64,000 nt of DNA from Desulfuromonadaceae bacterium (GTDB taxonomy: Bacteria; Desulfobacterota; Desulfuromonadia; Desulfuromonadales; Desulfuromonadaceae): contig JAVERW010000004.1 in assembly GCA_034006915.1 (NCBI GenBank), forward strand, positions 8,458 to 72,457. The letters are read 5' to 3'. The translations under genes and the position numbers were made by a program. Under the pieces are notes generated by a model. That model searched no databases. It was given only the letters and a program-made list of their open reading frames with translations, and was not told the DNA's origin. Shown here piece after piece: positions 63,321-64,000 of this stretch. Within the stretch, counting starts at the first letter, position 1, and every line of letters begins with the position of its first letter.

Positions 63321-64000
63321 TGCAGATCCTTTCCATCCATCTCAAAAACATCAAGTCACACCGAGACGCCGAACTGACGTTCTCTCCCGGCATCAACGTC
63401 CTGTCCGGTCCGAATGGTGTCGGCAAGAGCACGATTTTTGAAGCGATCGGCTACGCCATGTTTGGCGTGGATGCGCAGAACTTTGTCGGAAATGTTGAGC
63501 GTTTCATCTCAATCGGCTACAAGCGCGGCGAGATAGCTGTGGTCTTTGAAGTGGCTGACAGTGAGCGCTTTAAAGTCAGTCGCACCGTCGGTACGCCTTC
63601 CAAATGGCTTCTGGCCAAAGAGGCTGGGGGCACGTTTGAGGTTGAAGAACACAAGGACAGCAAAGAAACCGAGGCACGCCTAAAGGAGTTGCTCGGGCTG
63701 AATTCTGGTCGGTCACTCGCCGAACAGTTCGAACTCGTGATCGGTCCCTTCCAGCATGAATTCCTCGGTCCTTTTGTTATCAAGCAGCCCTCCAAACGCC
63801 GTGACAAGTTTGACGAGATTCTTGGAATCGACACCTGGCGCAAGACCTTTACCCAGACCAAGGTGCTGGCCAGCGCTATCAAGGCGAAGGTGGACTCTCT
63901 TGAAAGTGCGATTGGTCCTCTTCAGGATCAGGTGGCCGAACTACCGGCGAAGAAGGTAGAGTACAAAACAGCAAAGAAGGATCTTGATCAGGCTGAGGGC
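63320..64000 (+). CDS. sbcC: SbcC/Rad50-family ATPase, 3-prime truncated by window edge
   Basis: ATG 63320 overlaps the sbcD TGA. MQILSIHLKNIKSHRDAELTFSPGINVLSGPNGVGKSTIFEAIGYAMFG (Walker A). The frame stays open to nt 64000. Not in the ORF track because no stop is reached. Confidence 0.8.
   Translation, partial: MQILSIHLKNIKSHRDAELTFSPGINVLSGPNGVGKSTIFEAIGYAMFGVDAQNFVGNVERFISIGYKRGEIAVVFEVADSERFKVSRTVGTPSKWLLAKEAGGTFEVEEHKDSKETEARLKELLGLNSGRSLAEQFELVIGPFQHEFLGPFVIKQPSKRRDKFDEILGIDTWRKTFTQTKVLASAIKAKVDSLESAIGPLQDQVAELPAKKVEYKTAKKDLDQAEG

Overview
All calls come from reading the six-frame translations and the DNA by eye; no database search or computation was run. The window is a three-part mosaic, almost entirely co-directional on the + strand. 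(1) nt 1-17.4k is a mobile-element-like module. It holds a lexA-umuC SOS mutagenesis pair, PD-(D/E)xK nuclease-like genes (one broken by an in-frame amber codon), and a TrwC-type MOBF relaxase with a perfect 19-unit 12-bp coding repeat. Across a putative oriT gap lies a divergent, leading-region-like gene array. It is dominated by five phosphohydrolases of three folds plus a zeta-toxin-like kinase, an MNT nucleotidyltransferase and a decayed ATPase. (2) nt 17.5-40.7k is a visibly GC-richer island. It has a cobalamin riboswitch, an 18-gene anaerobic (CbiK-type) cobalamin operon cobCUTS-cobD::cobQ-cbiBCKLDE-cbiL2-cbiFGHJ-cobA::cobO-cbiA, then a second riboswitch with btuB-btuFCD-like uptake genes. 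(3) nt 40.9-64k is a defence island. It contains Fic, a decayed serine recombinase, AbiEi/AbiEii with twin palindromic operator-promoters, and a type I R-M locus with two hsdM paralogs and an embedded Doc module. These are followed by a DUF2779 nuclease, an orphan TerB-like/SAP/FokI-like nuclease inserted between duplicated DUF2779 3-prime ends, Sir2-HerA (HerA carries a Cys-rich tail) and an abutting SbcD/SbcC-like pair that runs off the window. The best candidates for undescribed biology are the phosphatase/kinase island next to the relaxase and the orphan SAP-FokI-like nuclease cassette, possibly together with a Sir2-HerA-SbcCD block. No rRNA, tRNA or CRISPR array was seen.
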